Origin: Nitrososphaerota archaeon
GTDB taxonomy: Archaea; Thermoproteota; EX4484-205; JAAOZP01
Direction: 5' to 3'
DNA length: 64,000 bases
NCBI GenBank assembly: GCA_011605725.1
Contig: JAAOZP010000017.1
Coordinates: 1 to 64,000, forward strand
Positions 47,353 through 57,492 of the stretch are shown piece by piece. Position 1 is the first letter of the stretch, and each line of letters opens with the position of its first letter. Position numbers and translations under genes: made by a program. The notes beneath the pieces are model-generated. The model was not told where the DNA came from and made no database searches. It saw nothing but the letters and a program-made list of their open reading frames with translations.

Positions 47353-48141
47353 ATGGAGACAATCGCCAAGATTAACGAGCCGCTTCACGGTTATGTTCAG
47401 GAGATAGCGTTAATCCCTGTGAATAAGCTTAAGGTTATAGAGGTTCAGAGAAAACCATCTGCTCCACATGTTAAGAGGCTTAAAAGCTCGATTAAGAAGA
47501 TAGGCTTCACCATACCGCTGATAGTTGTCAGAAGAGGGGAGGATAACATAATAATCGACGGTCAGCACAGGTTTCTGGCAGCGAAGGAGCTTGGGATAAA
47601 AGAATTGCCTGCGATAATAATACCGGAGAAGTATGCGCACAACCTGATGGAGCTTAACGTTGAGAAGCAGATGTCGCTGAGGGAGAGGGCTTACGTTGCG
47701 CTCAATGTCTACAGGATGTATTTGAATGAAAACCCGTCTATGAAGGAGGACGATGGGAGAATAATGGATTCTATAGAGTACGCGTACTACGTTACTCTTG
47801 GAGTAGCTTATGAGAAGAAGCCTAGGGTATCGGGATCGCCCTACGAGCCATTATTGAAGAAAGTGGACGGTTTTCTCTCGAAGCCGCTGAAAGACGCTTT
47901 TGTCGAAAGAGAGAGGAGGGCGGGAATCATAATAGAGACCGATGATTTAACCAGGGATGTTGTAAAGAAAGTCAAAGAATTGGGGGTTGAACACGAGTTC
48001 CTGTACAACGAGGTCGTTTCTTTCTGCAACCCTATGAAGAGGAAGAAGAAGGTTTCGCAGAGCTTCGACAACATTTTCAGCGCGCTGCAGAAGAACTTGA
48101 AGGACCTAGCTCAAAACCCTGAGAAAATTTTAAGGAAGTAG
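47353..48141 (+). CDS. ParB/Srx N-terminal domain protein
   Basis: LKSSIKKIGFTIPLIV, IIDGQHR, LNVEK. Confidence 0.82.
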   Translation: METIAKINEPLHGYVQEIALIPVNKLKVIEVQRKPSAPHVKRLKSSIKKIGFTIPLIVVRRGEDNIIIDGQHRFLAAKELGIKELPAIIIPEKYAHNLMELNVEKQMSLRERAYVALNVYRMYLNENPSMKEDDGRIMDSIEYAYYVTLGVAYEKKPRVSGSPYEPLLKKVDGFLSKPLKDAFVERERRAGIIIETDDLTRDVVKKVKELGVEHEFLYNEVVSFCNPMKRKKKVSQSFDNIFSALQKNLKDLAQNPEKILRK

Positions 48142-48159
48142 CGTAAATAAGGCTCACGG

Positions 48160-48990
48160 CTACGGTTTGGTGATCATTCTCACTGTAGCTAGCAGCAAAA
48201 TGGTGCCCAACAACAGTTTCAGAAGATCTTCGCTTACAGCGGTTGCGAGGCTGGCTCCAATATACGAGCCTAGGACTGAGGCGGAGCCCATCGTTAACCC
48301 GACGGCAACACCATAATTATTCAAGTGGCCTATGCGCCAGTGCTTCATGAAGCCGGCTAATATGGTCGGGATGGAAACCAGCAGGCTTACTGTCCCCGCT
48401 ATTTTAACTGGGAGTCCAAATAAGTAAATAAGGGCGGGAATTCTATACTCTCCTCCTGCAACTCCCAGCAGGCCTGAAACAATCCCGATTAGAAGGCCGA
48501 TGAGTATCGAGAGGCCGATTTCAATCAGGTACGGGAATGAGATGCTTGAAATTGGCCATTCCACCAACGGGTCTAGAATCATCCTCAGTCCTGCTGCAAT
48601 CAAAAGTGCTATTAGAGACTTCCTTAACAGGCTTTCATTTATCCTTCCAGACAGGCGTGCGCCAATATACCCGCCTAAGATTGAGCCGGGAGACATGAAT
48701 AGTGCGATGGCGGTTACCTCTGGGTTGATCAGGCCGCCCCAATACCTTATGGTAAACGAGACGGAGACTGTTAAGAGCCCGATCAACAGGTTTGTAACTA
48801 TTGAGAGCAGAACTGGTAAATCCAGAAGGTGGAGCAGGACGGGTATTCTGAACTCTCCTCCCCCCACGCCCAGTAGCCCGGATGCTAAACCAATTGAAAA
48901 ACCAGAGAATGCGCAAATAAGGAGTTTACCCGTTTTGAATCCGTGAGCCAAGCTTTTTAGAGTGCCGTACACCATTCTTAGTGCTCCCAC
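48160..48990 (-). CDS. TauE/SafE sulfite exporter family
   Basis: Duplicated GLLGVGGGE / GLLGVAGGE motifs, about 8 TM helices. Confidence 0.9.
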   Translation of the reverse strand: MGALRMVYGTLKSLAHGFKTGKLLICAFSGFSIGLASGLLGVGGGEFRIPVLLHLLDLPVLLSIVTNLLIGLLTVSVSFTIRYWGGLINPEVTAIALFMSPGSILGGYIGARLSGRINESLLRKSLIALLIAAGLRMILDPLVEWPISSISFPYLIEIGLSILIGLLIGIVSGLLGVAGGEYRIPALIYLFGLPVKIAGTVSLLVSIPTILAGFMKHWRIGHLNNYGVAVGLTMGSASVLGSYIGASLATAVSEDLLKLLLGTILLLATVRMITKP

Positions 48991-49032
48991 AGATCTATTG
49001 CGTATTTAAATCTGTGACGCACGTTGCCGGTT

Positions 49033-49533
49033 TTACTCTACGACCATCCTTTCCGAAACGGTTGTAAAAACGTTCTTAGAATAGTGTAAGACCGGTTGAA
49101 AGTCGAGTTTTTCAACATGCTCCTCTAAAACCTTTCCCACGACGAGCCAATGGTCTCCAAACTCCTTGAACAGCTCCACTCTACACTCCAGCTGGACCGG
49201 CATGTTTCTCACGAGCGGTGGCTTAACAGCCTTAGCCATTCTTGTCTCCAACCCAAGTAGGGTGAACTTGTCAACCTCTCTCCCAGATTTCGTGCCGCAC
49301 GCCCAAACCCTATTAATCATCTCCATCGGAGGAATGGCTAATACGAATTCTCCAACTTCCCTCAGGTTTTCAAAGGTCTTCCTCCTAGGGGAGACTGCAA
49401 ATGCAACATACTTTGGCTCAAAGCTTATGGGCATTAGGAATGAGAAGGCAGCGATATTCGGTTTTCCTTGACGGTCGCAGGTGATCACGAGACCAGTTAC
49501 CCTTGGGAATATGATTTCGCTAATCCTAGTCAT
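49033..49533 (-). CDS. Flavin reductase-like protein
   Basis: ISFEP, CGTKSGREVDKF, LECRV, GDH. Confidence 0.9.
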   Translation of the reverse strand: MTRISEIIFPRVTGLVITCDRQGKPNIAAFSFLMPISFEPKYVAFAVSPRRKTFENLREVGEFVLAIPPMEMINRVWACGTKSGREVDKFTLLGLETRMAKAVKPPLVRNMPVQLECRVELFKEFGDHWLVVGKVLEEHVEKLDFQPVLHYSKNVFTTVSERMVVE

Positions 49534-49633
49534 ATTTAAGACTAGGAAAGCTGGACTGTTAAATTTTTCACTGAATAATGCTTTAGGAACGGCATTTGCT
49601 CGACCAACCCTGTTGGTGGGTTAGGCAAGCTGA

Positions 49634-50257
49634 CTACCTGCCTTCCAGAATCTCCCTTATCCTTCTCAGCTCGGCTAGTATCTGCTGATCCACCCCTACT
49701 TGCGGAGCTGTTTCCACACCGGCTTCAACAGCCACTGGCCTAAGACTCCTAACCATGTCTAGAATGAAGCTCCTCACCTCTTCGACGTTCTTAATGCCTT
49801 GGAGAACCGCTTCCGCAACCCCGTAGCCGCCTCCGGTAGCAACATGATACCCGGCTGTTTGAACACGAAGCTCCCATAGGCCTAAGACTCTGGAGACAGG
49901 CCCCTGCCGAATGTCGACGTTAGTTATACGGTTGTAAGGCACTATGCTCTTCTGCTTCCACCACACCCCCTTCTCAACAATTATTTCGCTCTCAGTAAAA
50001 GTGTAGGACAAGCATTGGTAATACAGGTTTATCCAAATAATCGAGGGGATAAGTATTAGGAGGAATACGATTGTGAGGATGAACACGACTGTCGTGAGAA
50101 CCTCTAGGCCAAGAGTGAGAGGGGAGAGCATTATTAAGATGCTTATGAGGCATAGTGGAAAGACGAGGACTAGTGTTAAACCGATTAGAAGGTAGATGTA
50201 TTGAAGCTTCTTGAAAGACGGGCCCGGCTTAAACCTTTCACCAACTCTAACATTCAT
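49634..50257 (-). CDS. Membrane protein with bacterial PH (bPH_2) domain
   Basis: Two TM helices, then KGVWW..VPYNRITNVDIRQGP..QTAG. Confidence 0.85.
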   Translation of the reverse strand: MNVRVGERFKPGPSFKKLQYIYLLIGLTLVLVFPLCLISILIMLSPLTLGLEVLTTVVFILTIVFLLILIPSIIWINLYYQCLSYTFTESEIIVEKGVWWKQKSIVPYNRITNVDIRQGPVSRVLGLWELRVQTAGYHVATGGGYGVAEAVLQGIKNVEEVRSFILDMVRSLRPVAVEAGVETAPQVGVDQQILAELRRIREILEGR

Positions 50258-50478
50258 GCACGTTACTTGTTTCAACAGCAGTATCTACGTATATAAGACT
50301 TTTCCAGCGATTTGCAACAGGTTTTGAAAAAGCTATTTTTCCCGCTCGCCCCGCGGAAAGATGCGAGAAAGCATTATGGAGCGGCTGAGTGCAGCCTGCG
50401 AAAAACACGGTTCAGCTTCCCATGCTGAAGGCAAGCCTCGGGAGCTATGGTCTTCCAATATTTCCCAGGAAAACCGTT

Positions 50479-50985
50479 TTATTGTTGGGCCTCTACCTCT
50501 CTGAAACCGTTCTCCACATACTGGAGGCCTCTCCGAAGCATTTTGAAAACCTTCTTTCCGGCCTCGACACCTGTTTCACTCACAAAGCCCCTCTTTATCA
50601 GTATGCTCATGTACTGCCTGGGGTTTTCAAGCCCGCTTAGCCTAGCCTCCTCCTTAAACTTCTCCACATCCTCGTAAGTAAAATCTCTTTTCTCAACCAT
50701 GTACAGGTAGTAGCCGATCAACAGTATCTTCTCATAGCCCTTCAGCATATCCGGCTCCCTGCCAATCCTTTTAGCCTCTTCGGCGAGAAACTCGGTGAAG
50801 GTGATGCCCTGAGGCGGAGGCTGCGGCTCAATTACTCTAGCAGGCTCAAGCTTCTCCTGGAGAAACTCGTTCTTAAGCCTGTCGAAAGTAGTCTCTACAA
50901 ACTCCCTGCTGCCCCAGACCTCCACTTCAACGTCCCTCTTCCTAACCCTCACACCGTATTCCGGTTCACCGTTTTGCATATTCAA
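50479..50985 (-). CDS. Hypothetical protein with C-terminal winged-helix-like domain
   Basis: N-terminal EVEVWGSREFV module; C-terminal NPRQYMSILIKRGFV...RGLQYVE; co-directional with XPD. Confidence 0.65.
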   Translation of the reverse strand: MNMQNGEPEYGVRVRKRDVEVEVWGSREFVETTFDRLKNEFLQEKLEPARVIEPQPPPQGITFTEFLAEEAKRIGREPDMLKGYEKILLIGYYLYMVEKRDFTYEDVEKFKEEARLSGLENPRQYMSILIKRGFVSETGVEAGKKVFKMLRRGLQYVENGFREVEAQQ

Positions 50986-51024
50986 GCCGGGGAAGCATGT
51001 TTCTCAAAGAAATATAAGGCTTTC

Positions 51025-52986
51025 TCAGGAGAGGAACCCGCTTATCTCCCTCACGAGGTTTTCAATCTTCAAATGGGACTGCATGTCCTCCCTCCAGTCG
51101 GGGGGAAGCTTATCTCTTAGTCTTCCATATATCCTGCTGTCCATGATTACTATAACACCCCTATCCTGCTGGCTTCTTATAAGCCTACCCGCCATCTGGG
51201 CTAAGGCAACTATGCATGGCGTGGTGCTAGCATATTCGAAAGCTTTTTCGCCAAACTTCTTCTCATAGTATTTTAAAAGAGCCTCATGCATCTCACTCCT
51301 TTTAGGATAGGGTAGGCCGACTATTACGACTGCGGAAAGGAGGGAGGAGCCCTCGCTCGTAAGGTCCACACCCTCGCTTATCTTGCCCCTGGCAACACCT
51401 ACCGCCACACAATTATCGTTATCCTTGAGGAATCTTAACACATCCCTAACCCTGGTCTTCAAGTCCTCCCTTATTATCGGACGGCTTATCATGATTCTCG
51501 CTGAAACCCTCTCCATCAGCTCGTAAGACGGAAAGTATACTGCTACCCTCCCGTTTACTGATTCAATTATTCTCTCGAGTCTCTCAGCTATCCTGCCCAC
51601 CATCTCCTCCCTAAGCTCATACTTGGTTGTCACAGCCCTGTCCACGAGAATCAGCCTGTTTTCCCTTTTAAACGGCGAGGGAAGGGAGAGCGTCACCACC
51701 CGGTGCTCATCCAAGCCTAAAACATCCTTATAGTAGTTGAAGTCCCATAGTGTTCCAGACATTAAAACGGCTGACCTGACCCTGTTCAGGCTTCGCGTCG
51801 CCCTTGAAACATCCAGCGAGCATATTCCAATCCTCACTATCCTCCTGCCGCCAGCATCCTTCTCAACCCTAGCATACCTCACAGTGTCCTCAGAGTCTTC
51901 GGAAACCCATTTTTGAACAAACTCGGCGATCCTTCCAAGGTGTGACACAGGTGGCTTCCCGGAATCCATTTTCATCGAAACTATTCTTTCAGATTCATCC
52001 ATCATTTTCTGAAGGATTTCAAGCACTTTTCCCCCTGGAAGGCTAAGGGCCTTGAACAGAGAAGCTTCTTCCCCTTCTAAAACATGGTTCTCCCCTACGC
52101 CCACCTGCTTCAAAGCGTTTCTACCAAGCCTATCCATGAAAGCTTTGAAAAGCCTTATGAAACGTTTTTCTTCAAACCCGTACTCTACAGCCTCTTTCCA
52201 AGCTCTTAACAGGGTTCTCGTGGAAACCTCGTCTGAGAGAAGCCCTGAAGCAGCGGAAGGTAGGGAATGAGCCTCGTCGAAAACAATGTTCACACTGCTC
52301 ATCTGCATCCTCCCCCTGGCGAATATGCTTCTTCTAGCCTCATCTATCAGAAAATGATTGTAGTTGCCTATTATAACGTCTGATTCCGCAGCAGCCAGCC
52401 TGGTGAGTTCATACGGACACATGCCTCGTGAGGAAGCCTCCTCGTATACTTCCTCCGGGGTTAAGACCCGTTTGACACTGGTCTCCTCCAGAAAAACCAT
52501 TGCCTTCCTAGAGGGCCTCCAGTCCCTGAAGACTTCAGTGTAGAAGGTGCATAAGGATCCTGAAGCATTCTTCTTAAGCCTGCTGCAATACGTTAGGAAG
52601 CTCCGGTAATCCATTCTCCCAACATCCATCCTCCCCCTGGCTAAGGGGCACATCTCCTGCCTGCTCACCATCAGCGTTGCCCTGAGGACTGCCCCAGTTT
52701 TTTCAGCAATCGTCTTAAGCTCCCTAGCGTATATTTCAAGCTCGTTCCTAGTCCTAGTCAGGATGAACAGTTTCCCAACCTCCTCAATCTCCCTCGCCAT
52801 CAAGTATGCTGTTAAAACTGAAACTGATTTCCCGGTTCCACATGGAGACGATAATAACCCTATCCTCCCCCTGGTGAAAACGTTGAGTATGAACCCTATT
52901 GCTTCAAGCTGGTGCCCCCTGAACTCTGAATAGGGAAAGTATTTTCTAGCCCATTTCTCAACCGTCTGGTGCAAAGGCTTCCGCAT
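51025..52986 (-). CDS. xpd: XPD/Rad3-family Fe-S DNA helicase
   Basis: Q motif, SPCGTGKS, four Cys (EMCP, YCS, LCT, MCPY), DEAH, MSGT, SEGVD, QMAGRLIR. Confidence 0.9.
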   Translation of the reverse strand: MRKPLHQTVEKWARKYFPYSEFRGHQLEAIGFILNVFTRGRIGLLSSPCGTGKSVSVLTAYLMAREIEEVGKLFILTRTRNELEIYARELKTIAEKTGAVLRATLMVSRQEMCPLARGRMDVGRMDYRSFLTYCSRLKKNASGSLCTFYTEVFRDWRPSRKAMVFLEETSVKRVLTPEEVYEEASSRGMCPYELTRLAAAESDVIIGNYNHFLIDEARRSIFARGRMQMSSVNIVFDEAHSLPSAASGLLSDEVSTRTLLRAWKEAVEYGFEEKRFIRLFKAFMDRLGRNALKQVGVGENHVLEGEEASLFKALSLPGGKVLEILQKMMDESERIVSMKMDSGKPPVSHLGRIAEFVQKWVSEDSEDTVRYARVEKDAGGRRIVRIGICSLDVSRATRSLNRVRSAVLMSGTLWDFNYYKDVLGLDEHRVVTLSLPSPFKRENRLILVDRAVTTKYELREEMVGRIAERLERIIESVNGRVAVYFPSYELMERVSARIMISRPIIREDLKTRVRDVLRFLKDNDNCVAVGVARGKISEGVDLTSEGSSLLSAVVIVGLPYPKRSEMHEALLKYYEKKFGEKAFEYASTTPCIVALAQMAGRLIRSQQDRGVIVIMDSRIYGRLRDKLPPDWREDMQSHLKIENLVREISGFLS

Positions 52987-53025
52987 CCTAATCATGGATA
53001 CGCTTAAAAGCGTTAACACGCTTGC

Positions 53026-56000
53026 CTAACGCTGAGAATCCTGTTTTACACGGCCACTACTTCTCTCTTTCCCCTCGTCTTTAAAGCCTCTCCTCCTACG
53101 CCTCATTCTTAAAGCGAGAGCAGCCAGCAGCGGGGTTACGGATATCAGTGGAAACAGGTTTGTCTCTCGATTACTCCAAACCCTGACTGCGTGGGGAACA
53201 GTGTTCTCAGAGTATGCTACAAGTATAACTGGGTTTAAACCGTTCCCATCCGGAAGCTCTAGGCAGGCTTCCAGACATGAGCCTGGTTCAAGGTCTCCAA
53301 GGTTTTTTTCAACACCCGTATCCGCCACCTTAACCCTGACATTCCTGACGACAAGATGCTTAGCGAGAGACCTAACCCTGACCATAATCCTCCTCCCGTC
53401 GTACTCCGCATGATCTATTTTTAGCGCAAGCCTCTCGTCGAAGAAGAATCCTCCGGGAGGATTAAGAAACACGGTCATGCTTGAATTGTCACTCTGAACC
53501 TGGAGAACCCTTATTGAGCAGAATACTTCCGGAGGATATCCTTCAACCCTAATTTTAACCGGCAGACTGACAATGCCTGAATCAGCCTCAAGGCTTAGTA
53601 ACGCTTCAAACCCATACTGGTCGCCCTTTAAAACTGGGCTGCTCCAGTCAAGCCTAACAATCCTGACTCTGCAATCCCCGACTGTTCTCCATATGCCGGA
53701 GGGATGCGGATCCCATTTGAAGACGATTATTCTCTCAACGCAGGAAGAGTTATATTCAGAATCGCTCAAAAACAGCATTATTCTACCATTATCGTCTGAC
53801 AGAATCCTCTTTCCAGAGAGGCTTGTGTAGACGGGTAGGCTGCTTGCAGGGGAGCCGTTGTGAGCCCAGTGCGCCGTGGCGCAGAACACCCTGGTCCCGT
53901 TCAAGTCCAAAACGTAGTCGGAGGTTATGTTGAAGGCTGTGAAAACAGCCTCGATACTGAGCATGTCGCTGTAAACATTTTCTTCAAGCACCTTCACGCA
54001 GTAATGGTAAACACCTGGCTTAGACTCGGTCCAGTTGAAGCTAACCCCGTCGCTGGAGACTATAGTGCTTCTCACGACTGTCCCGTTTGAAGACAATACT
54101 CCAACCCTAATCCCGTGGGCAATACTATTGTTGCACTGCCACACAACCCTGGGTATCGTTATGTTGAGAAGATCCATTATGTTCAGCATAATGCTGAAGG
54201 AATAGTTTTCCAGAAGAATATTGTTCAAGAAAACCCTGGGGCAAGTGTCGTTAGGATTGCTGAATCTCACCCAGTTGGGAAACAGGGTTACGGTGCATGG
54301 TTCAACGCAGCCTAGGAAACCGGCAGCGTCGAAAGATGCTTTGGAAAAACCTTTTTCAGGTATTCTCAGCCTGAAGGATGCTGGACTCTTCCCGACGAGC
54401 CCGGTTTCAACCCATCTTACTTCAATCCCTTTCAGCAGCATGCTGTTGAACGAGAGCCTTGCTGAAACAGTTATCTCAACCTCTTCTCCCGGTCTACCTA
54501 CTACAATTGTTCTAGACGGTTCCAGCACTATTCTAGTGAAGATGATCCTAAGATGGGTCTCCCCCTCTATGAACCCGTCGCTCGCCTTCAACTCTCCCTC
54601 GTAAGCAACATCCCTGCCGGTTAACCTTAGAGTTGCAGCTCCGTCAACCCCTGTTAGGACAGAGGAGCCTGAAGGCTTAAACTCCACCAGCACGCCGGCG
54701 ACCGGTGTGAGGCTGTGAGAATAAACTGTTTTTACTGAAAAGCTTGGTGAAGCATTGTTGCAAGCGTAGTAGGAGCCTTCTAAGAAAACAGCGTCTACGG
54801 TTGAGACCTCAAGCTTAATCAGTGTGAAAACTATTCTTACGCAAGCCTCCTGGCTCAACCCGGCCCCGTTCTCGTCGACCACGACGAAGGTTAAGCAGGT
54901 TTCGCAGTCTTTCTCAACATACGTGAAAACCGCCTCTCCATCTTTACTGGTTAAAGCCTTGTTTCCGAAGGAATCCCTTATCCTAATCCCAGCCGCTGGA
55001 CTGCCGTCATGAGAGTGGTATGCTGCAACAGTGACGACCACGGAGGAACCGCTCCTAGCCCAGTAAGCACTGTTTCTAAGAACCCCGCCTGAAACACTTT
55101 TCACACTAAGCCTGTAGGAGGACCATGTGACTGTGAAGGTCACGTTACCGCCAGTCGTAGAAGTTATACCCATGTAAACTCCTTTAGGAGGGTTGAAAGA
55201 GTATTTCCTGACACCGGGGATGGATTCTGAGACCCTATAAACTTCTATCCTAGAGTATTCCCCAAGACAGTCGTAAACCCTAACCCTGAGCTCAACAGTC
55301 TCGCCCAGCATGTGTAAACCCAGATCAGACGGTCCAATCGGCTCGATCCCCATGGAGTCGAAACGTAGACTTATCTGCGGTAAGTCGACTGTAAGCGTTA
55401 ACTCATCAGTCCTGTTTCTAGATGAGAAAAAAATTCTTCTGGAGAAAACTCCTCCGCCAAGCTTCTTTAAGACGCAGCTGCCAGTTTCAACCCCGCTGGC
55501 AGCATCCTCCACAACCCATCCGTCTGCGCTGTAGAACCTTATTCTCTGAGACCAGTATACAGTAGAGCCGCTGTCAGCCCACGCGTCTAATCCGTGTACA
55601 AATGTTGAACCGGTCATGTTTAAGCCCAGGTACTCTATGGTCGTTACAAGGTATTCTCCTGAGGTGAATCCGACTTCATCCCCGTTGCTAACCGCTACAG
55701 CGATAATTTTCACCCCTGTTTCCGCAGTTCCCTCAGAGTAGACAGCGTCCACCCGGTATCCCTCGAGTGGTTCAACAAGCGGAGCCGAGCCCCCTATTCT
55801 CACCAGAACCGGGCTTGAGAAAAACCATGTATCCCTGTTAACTCCTGTGAACAATGCTTGCTGAAGGCTTCCCGGAGCCCCGCAGCCGGTTTTCTCAACA
55901 CTGTTCCAAACAGCTTTCCAGCTTACGAAACCAGCATCCGGATCTCCCGGAAGCCTGAAGGTGAAAACATGAGTCACCTTCCCATTCAGAGCAGCTTCAG

Positions 56001-56577
56001 CCTGGTGGGACTCAGCCTTAACCATTCCCGTACTCTCTATTTTAATATCCATAGTTGCACAGGCCATGGAGCGTTCTTCATAGATGTTTGAAACCACCTT
56101 CACTACGATGCCTATTGTAAGCTCAACAGTATGAGTACCCGGTTTGAGCTTCGCAGCTTTAGAGTAGCAGCTTGCCCACCAGTATTCTTTTCCAAGCTCG
56201 TAAACCTTCGCACCGTCCACGTAAACCTTCAGATACTTTTCCTGAATAATCCAGCCGTCTGGAACAGGGTTACGGTCGTCTCCACAAACATAAATGTTTG
56301 CCTCTTCTCCTTCGGGAACAGTGATTGTCGCAGTGGCTGTTTTCAAGTCGCCGTATACCCCTTGACCGTTAGCCCTAATCTGGAGATAGCCTGTTCCGCC
56401 GCACCAGAGACTCTTACTGAAAGAATAGCTTATTTGAACAGTATCCGTCTTTAAACCGCTCCACGAGTAGGAGGCCGGTATGCTTCCAGGATGGGCGTCA
56501 GCCTGAACCAGGTATTGAAGCAGGACTATGGCTAAAGTAGGCAGCAGGGTTCTCCAAATTATTTTCGAAGCCCGCAT
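53026..56577 (-). CDS. Large secreted multi-Ig-like surface protein with C-terminal membrane anchor
   Basis: Signal peptide; repeats HSHDGSPA / YSHSLTPV / WAHNGSPA followed by TxxDG-A; C-terminal TM helix plus RRRRR. Confidence 0.75.
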   Translation of the reverse strand: MRASKIIWRTLLPTLAIVLLQYLVQADAHPGSIPASYSWSGLKTDTVQISYSFSKSLWCGGTGYLQIRANGQGVYGDLKTATATITVPEGEEANIYVCGDDRNPVPDGWIIQEKYLKVYVDGAKVYELGKEYWWASCYSKAAKLKPGTHTVELTIGIVVKVVSNIYEERSMACATMDIKIESTGMVKAESHQAEAALNGKVTHVFTFRLPGDPDAGFVSWKAVWNSVEKTGCGAPGSLQQALFTGVNRDTWFFSSPVLVRIGGSAPLVEPLEGYRVDAVYSEGTAETGVKIIAVAVSNGDEVGFTSGEYLVTTIEYLGLNMTGSTFVHGLDAWADSGSTVYWSQRIRFYSADGWVVEDAASGVETGSCVLKKLGGGVFSRRIFFSSRNRTDELTLTVDLPQISLRFDSMGIEPIGPSDLGLHMLGETVELRVRVYDCLGEYSRIEVYRVSESIPGVRKYSFNPPKGVYMGITSTTGGNVTFTVTWSSYRLSVKSVSGGVLRNSAYWARSGSSVVVTVAAYHSHDGSPAAGIRIRDSFGNKALTSKDGEAVFTYVEKDCETCLTFVVVDENGAGLSQEACVRIVFTLIKLEVSTVDAVFLEGSYYACNNASPSFSVKTVYSHSLTPVAGVLVEFKPSGSSVLTGVDGAATLRLTGRDVAYEGELKASDGFIEGETHLRIIFTRIVLEPSRTIVVGRPGEEVEITVSARLSFNSMLLKGIEVRWVETGLVGKSPASFRLRIPEKGFSKASFDAAGFLGCVEPCTVTLFPNWVRFSNPNDTCPRVFLNNILLENYSFSIMLNIMDLLNITIPRVVWQCNNSIAHGIRVGVLSSNGTVVRSTIVSSDGVSFNWTESKPGVYHYCVKVLEENVYSDMLSIEAVFTAFNITSDYVLDLNGTRVFCATAHWAHNGSPASSLPVYTSLSGKRILSDDNGRIMLFLSDSEYNSSCVERIIVFKWDPHPSGIWRTVGDCRVRIVRLDWSSPVLKGDQYGFEALLSLEADSGIVSLPVKIRVEGYPPEVFCSIRVLQVQSDNSSMTVFLNPPGGFFFDERLALKIDHAEYDGRRIMVRVRSLAKHLVVRNVRVKVADTGVEKNLGDLEPGSCLEACLELPDGNGLNPVILVAYSENTVPHAVRVWSNRETNLFPLISVTPLLAALALRMRRRRRGFKDEGKERSSGRVKQDSQR

Positions 56578-56604
56578 TCCGATGAAATCTTGTCACCCGT
56601 ACAC

Positions 56605-57492
56605 TTAAGCACCAATATTGCTTGAAACAGCCTGGGCGAGATTGAGAAAATCCTGAACACTAAGCTCGAAAACCCTGCTTCTCTCCGGGATAATTTGGAA
56701 AACACTGTTGTAAGCATGCTTCCCCTTCTCCCCGTAAAGCTTTTCAAGACTGTTTCTTAAAACTTTTCTCGCAAGCCTGTTTCTCTGGCTGAACATTGTT
56801 CTAAGCAGGTTTTCCAGAATATTCATGTCCACATTTCTTCTCGAAGGTTTGAAACAGAGGACTGCGTGAGCAACCTTAGGCCTGGGATAGAACGAGGAGG
56901 AGGGGAAAAAGCCTAGCACGCGTGGCTCAGCCACCGTGTTAACCGAGACCGTCAACCTGCCGTAGCCTCTTGTCCCCGGTTTCGAGACGATTCTCTCAGC
57001 AACCTCCTTCTGCACGGTGACCACGGCTTTCTCAAAGCTCTGCCCCAGGATTTTGAATATTACTGGGGTTGAAACATGGTAAGGGATGTTCCCAGTGTAA
57101 ACGTTACCGTTTAAATCTATCTGTGTGAAGTCGCCTTGAACAACCTCAACGTTTTTAAAAGTTGAGAACCGGTCTTTCAAAACCCTTACGAGCACAGGGT
57201 CTATTTCAACAGCCTTAACTTTTGAACCATGCTTAGCCAGTTCGAACGTCAAGGTTCCCAATCCTGCTCCTATTTCAACAATAACATCGTTCGGCTTAGG
57301 CTGAATGTTTTCAACAATCGTTTTCACCAGATGTTCGTCGACGACAAAGCTTTGGCTAAGCCTCTTTTTAGGCCTTATTCCGTATTTCTTTATCAGACGG
57401 ATTGTCTCTGCGAAAAGTTCTCCACGATACGGGTGAGGAATGCTCCTGCTTGTCTGCGAGCCTACTCCTCTCCTAGTCGACACGTAGTTCAA
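56605..57492 (-). CDS. rsmA: 16S rRNA adenine dimethyltransferase KsgA/RsmA
   Basis: KRLSQSF, VEIGAGLG, EID, NIPY, QKEVAER, YGRL, FYPRPKV. Confidence 0.95.
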   Translation of the reverse strand: MNYVSTRRGVGSQTSRSIPHPYRGELFAETIRLIKKYGIRPKKRLSQSFVVDEHLVKTIVENIQPKPNDVIVEIGAGLGTLTFELAKHGSKVKAVEIDPVLVRVLKDRFSTFKNVEVVQGDFTQIDLNGNVYTGNIPYHVSTPVIFKILGQSFEKAVVTVQKEVAERIVSKPGTRGYGRLTVSVNTVAEPRVLGFFPSSSFYPRPKVAHAVLCFKPSRRNVDMNILENLLRTMFSQRNRLARKVLRNSLEKLYGEKGKHAYNSVFQIIPERSRVFELSVQDFLNLAQAVSSNIGA

